DNA of 64,000 nt from the NCBI GenBank assembly GCA_050084515.1, contig CM114271.1, forward strand, positions 9,548,001 through 9,612,000, read 5' to 3'. Both the position numbers and the translations under genes were made by a program. A model generated the notes under the pieces. It saw nothing but the letters and a program-made list of their open reading frames with translations, was not told the DNA's origin and searched no databases. The DNA is from Blasia pusilla (taxonomy: Eukaryota). Below, piece after piece: positions 60,949-64,000 of this stretch (positions within the stretch are counted from its first letter, which is position 1; each line of letters begins with the position of its first letter).

Positions 60949-63900
60949 TGTCATGACCATACGGATTATGTCGTAGAGTATAGTGTGCTAGTAGAGGCCA
61001 TTCCTTATGTAGGACCGTAGTGGCTTGGTAGAGATGCGGTTTCATACATAGGGTTGGGGGTTACTCAGTTGGGGGTGACTTTCTCAGTAGGGCTCACTCT
61101 TAGGTTGGAGGATATAAGGTGGAGTGCACTCAAAGAACAGTCAGTTCTTTGAGTTGAGCCTGTTGTGTTGGGAGTTAGCCTAGGTAGTGAGTAGAGCTCT
61201 TGGCTATGGTGTTTCCCGCAAGCTTCGACCTAAATTCTCCCATCGTGGAGTGGATTTGGCTCGATTGTATGTGATTCTATACGTGTTTTATGACAGTAGT
61301 TCTTTCACGGATTTCACTCAAAGAACTGGAGTAGATCGATTGTGGATCAGTAGGATCTGGTTAGGGTTGATTGTGTACTCAGCCGTGAATGTTCATGGCT
61401 TGTGGCCTATGTTGGAGGTGTGAAACTGATGCGTGATTGGTTGGGAGAGAAGCGCCTTGCTAAGAGCTTTCCAACGCGCTTTAGATCGCCGGATTTCGTC
61501 AAGGGAGTTGGAAGTTATCAAGGATTGAAGATTCTGGTTCGTGTTCGACGGTTTTCTGATGTGGAGAGCTTGGAGTGCGGAAGCTCTGTTGAAGTTCATC
61601 CAGATCGGGTCAGAGGTTCCTGTCGCTACTTGTATTGTGATCTGCAACCCTCCACACACTCGAGCAGATAGCTTCATATGAGATCACAATACAAGTAGCG
61701 ACAAGAGGTGTATGGACAACAAGTTTTTCTGATTTTTAGCTCGGAGTACAGAGCTCGTTTGTAGCTGATTTTTTGTGGAGAGATAACTATGGTGGTCAAT
61801 TGAATTCTGGTCAAAACAGATTCGATTTTGGTCATGGATTTGTGAAGTAATTGCTGATCAAAATTTCGCGGACTAGCTCAAGGTCTACCTATGGTGGACA
61901 ACCGATCGGAGGGACTGGTTGGTTGGTGACTCGTTCATTGTTGGAGACGCCTATCCTGTTGGGGCGCCTGTTGGGGGCGCCCTGGTTGGGCCTCTCTCCA
62001 TAGCGAAGCATGGCGAAGCATGGGAAACGGGGCGATAGGGGCATATCTCGAGCATTACTCGGCGTTTTGAGGCTTCGAGGCAACTCGAGGCAACTCGTGG
62101 TAGCTCGGGGCGAGTGGGCGTGAGAGGCGGAGTAAGGAGCAAGGAGAAAGCAAGCAAGCTTGCTTGCTTGGGCGTGAGGCAATTTTTGCAGGATTTGTGA
62201 TTTGAGTGTTGCATAACTGGTCACCCATCTTTGGGCTATTCTGCCTGGAGGAGGCTTAATTGCTGAGTTCTTAACTATGCAAGTGTACACACTGTTGTAG
62301 CTCATTTGGTGCTATTCGGAGATATGTTAGGCGCTTTATGCATCTTAGGTTTTTGGTCCGTGTACCTCTAGCGCATAGTACGGTGTAGCCTCTCCATGCA
62401 GGTGATATTTTCAGGTGCTGCGAGTTTGACTAGCACGTCATCGACCCGCGGCGGAGTAGCTATTGCGTTAGAATTGTGTGGTGGGTTTTGTGGATTCAGG
62501 GGGCACTACGTTTGGTAGATTGTGTTACCTTGATTTCCATTTGCGATTGGAGGGTTGTGGTTGGACTTCCTGTGTTTGAATCCCCTCCATCGTTGCTTCT
62601 TGCTTGCGCGCCCATTGTTAGGGTTGACGCTGATTTCCAGAGTAGTGTTACTCCTGTGTGCTACCGATAGTGAGGCTGGAGTGATGATAAGTAGACCGTG
62701 GGAGGCTTCTCGTGGTGATGACAGGTTAGGTTGCCTACACCCATAGCTAGTAGAGCTAGAATAGTATAGCGATATCGACGTCACTTGGTTATTTGGTGGT
62801 GGTTATTTGGTGGTGGTGCGGCATCGGCGTTGGTCATCACGGAGCTGTCGGGTGGTCTGGTTGGAGACCGTGGTGCGGATAGTGGTGGTTTCACACGGAG
62901 TGGATTTAGGTATCGGCTACCTTTTCCACTTCCGACGGTTGATGAAGAGGAGGACGAGGGTGTTCCAAACATCGAGTCTTCTACGTTGTTATCGAGTGTT
63001 GCAGCTCCATTGATTTGGGACATGGACGGGATATATGGGGCCATGAAGGGCCCACGATGATACTCAGGTGCAGTGGGCACCATTGAGTTGGAGGACTTCA
63101 TGCAAGAGTTTGATACATGGTGTGATATGCAGATGTTGCGGAACGCCACGTTGTTTACACCCTTCTTGGCTTGGAAGGGGTTGTTTCAACACTTGGAAGG
63201 ACCACCCATGGATGATTACCATGAGTTTAGGAAGGACCATGTTGCTGAGATTGAGGCGTGGAGACAATATTGGTCTCCAGGCTATGTGTCTATCACCCAT
63301 GGAGGTATTGGTAGTAGTGCTCCTACTATGCCAGCCAGCTTGACGTTGAGTGGTACGAGTACGAGCCGGAGTGGGGGTACGAGTGGAGGTACCCATGGAG
63401 GTACTAGTGGGGGTACTAGTAGAGGTACTAGTGCCCCACCATCGTTCAGCCCGGTTGCAGAGTTCTTCAAGAGGTTGAAGAAGAACTATGAGGGAGTGAA
63501 GACAGAGAAGTTGAGGAGTCTTCAGGAGTTTGAGCGAAAGACTGGTGAGAGTCTTCGTGAGGCATACACTCGTATGTGACGCTTGATTTCAGTTACCCAA
63601 GGTGTGACTGAGGCTCACGCAGTCCAGTTTTGGTATGGGATCTTGGACAGAGACTTGCGCCGTAGGGTACGTGATGCTACTCTTATGAGTGATGATTCAC
63701 CCACATTGACCCATGTGTTTGCTCTATCTGAGAAGATTGAGCTTAACATGATGAAGGAGAGAGTGGTGACATCCGCATTCAGTAGGGATACAACTACTAC
63801 TTCTCATGTTCAGTAGCCCACCTCACAGTCTCGTAGTAGTGGTGGTGGTAGTAGTAGTGGGAGTCGTGGGGGGTACACACGACCTCAGTTAGGTCGTAGA

Positions 63901-64000
63901 GGGACACTTGCGCAGAGACCATTGCCTTCATTTGCTGCCCCGCAGCAAGGACAATCATGTTGGATATGTGGAGGTGCTCATGTTAGGAAGTTTTGTCCCC
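60949..64000 (+). mobile_element. 5' part of another Gypsy element related to C (copy D); runs off window end
   Basis: gag is homologous to element C. Candidate LTR 60949-61295 (TGTCATGA...TTATGACA). The left boundary is tentative. Confidence 0.65.
62785..64000 (+). pseudogene. gag of copy D; one frame with three in-frame stops
   Basis: GTIELEDFMQEFDTWCD, AWKGLFQHLEGPPMDDY, ESLREAYTRM, CWICGGAHVRKFC. Stops at 63058, 63577 and 63814. Confidence 0.9.

Overview
Eukaryotic, almost certainly plant, repeat-dense DNA with no recognisable intact host gene. Positions ~1-52300 are a deeply nested transposon stack, and most insertions can be bounded by target-site duplications (TSDs). The stack holds: an Athila-like Ty3/Gypsy element (2627-12962) with four related solo LTRs; two nested Ty1/Copia elements (37613-49803, 39517-45474); three copies plus a MITE of a Mutator-like (MULE) DNA transposon family (main copy 16101-37279); and four members of an unusual Ty3/Gypsy family (best copy 25950-35444). 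Three observations stand out. (1) The unusual Gypsy element carries a DNMT3-like C5-cytosine methyltransferase between protease and RT, plus a PHD finger at the end of integrase. (2) It has a split or permuted LTR layout (A...B-A-B) with an internal CA-NN-TG end-to-end junction, also seen in a second copy. (3) The MULE it inserted into carries a divergently transcribed second gene ending in a degenerate beta-class N4C/N6A DNA amino-methyltransferase-like domain. All coding regions are interrupted by stops or frameshifts. Domain calls are by-eye motif recognition, not database searches.
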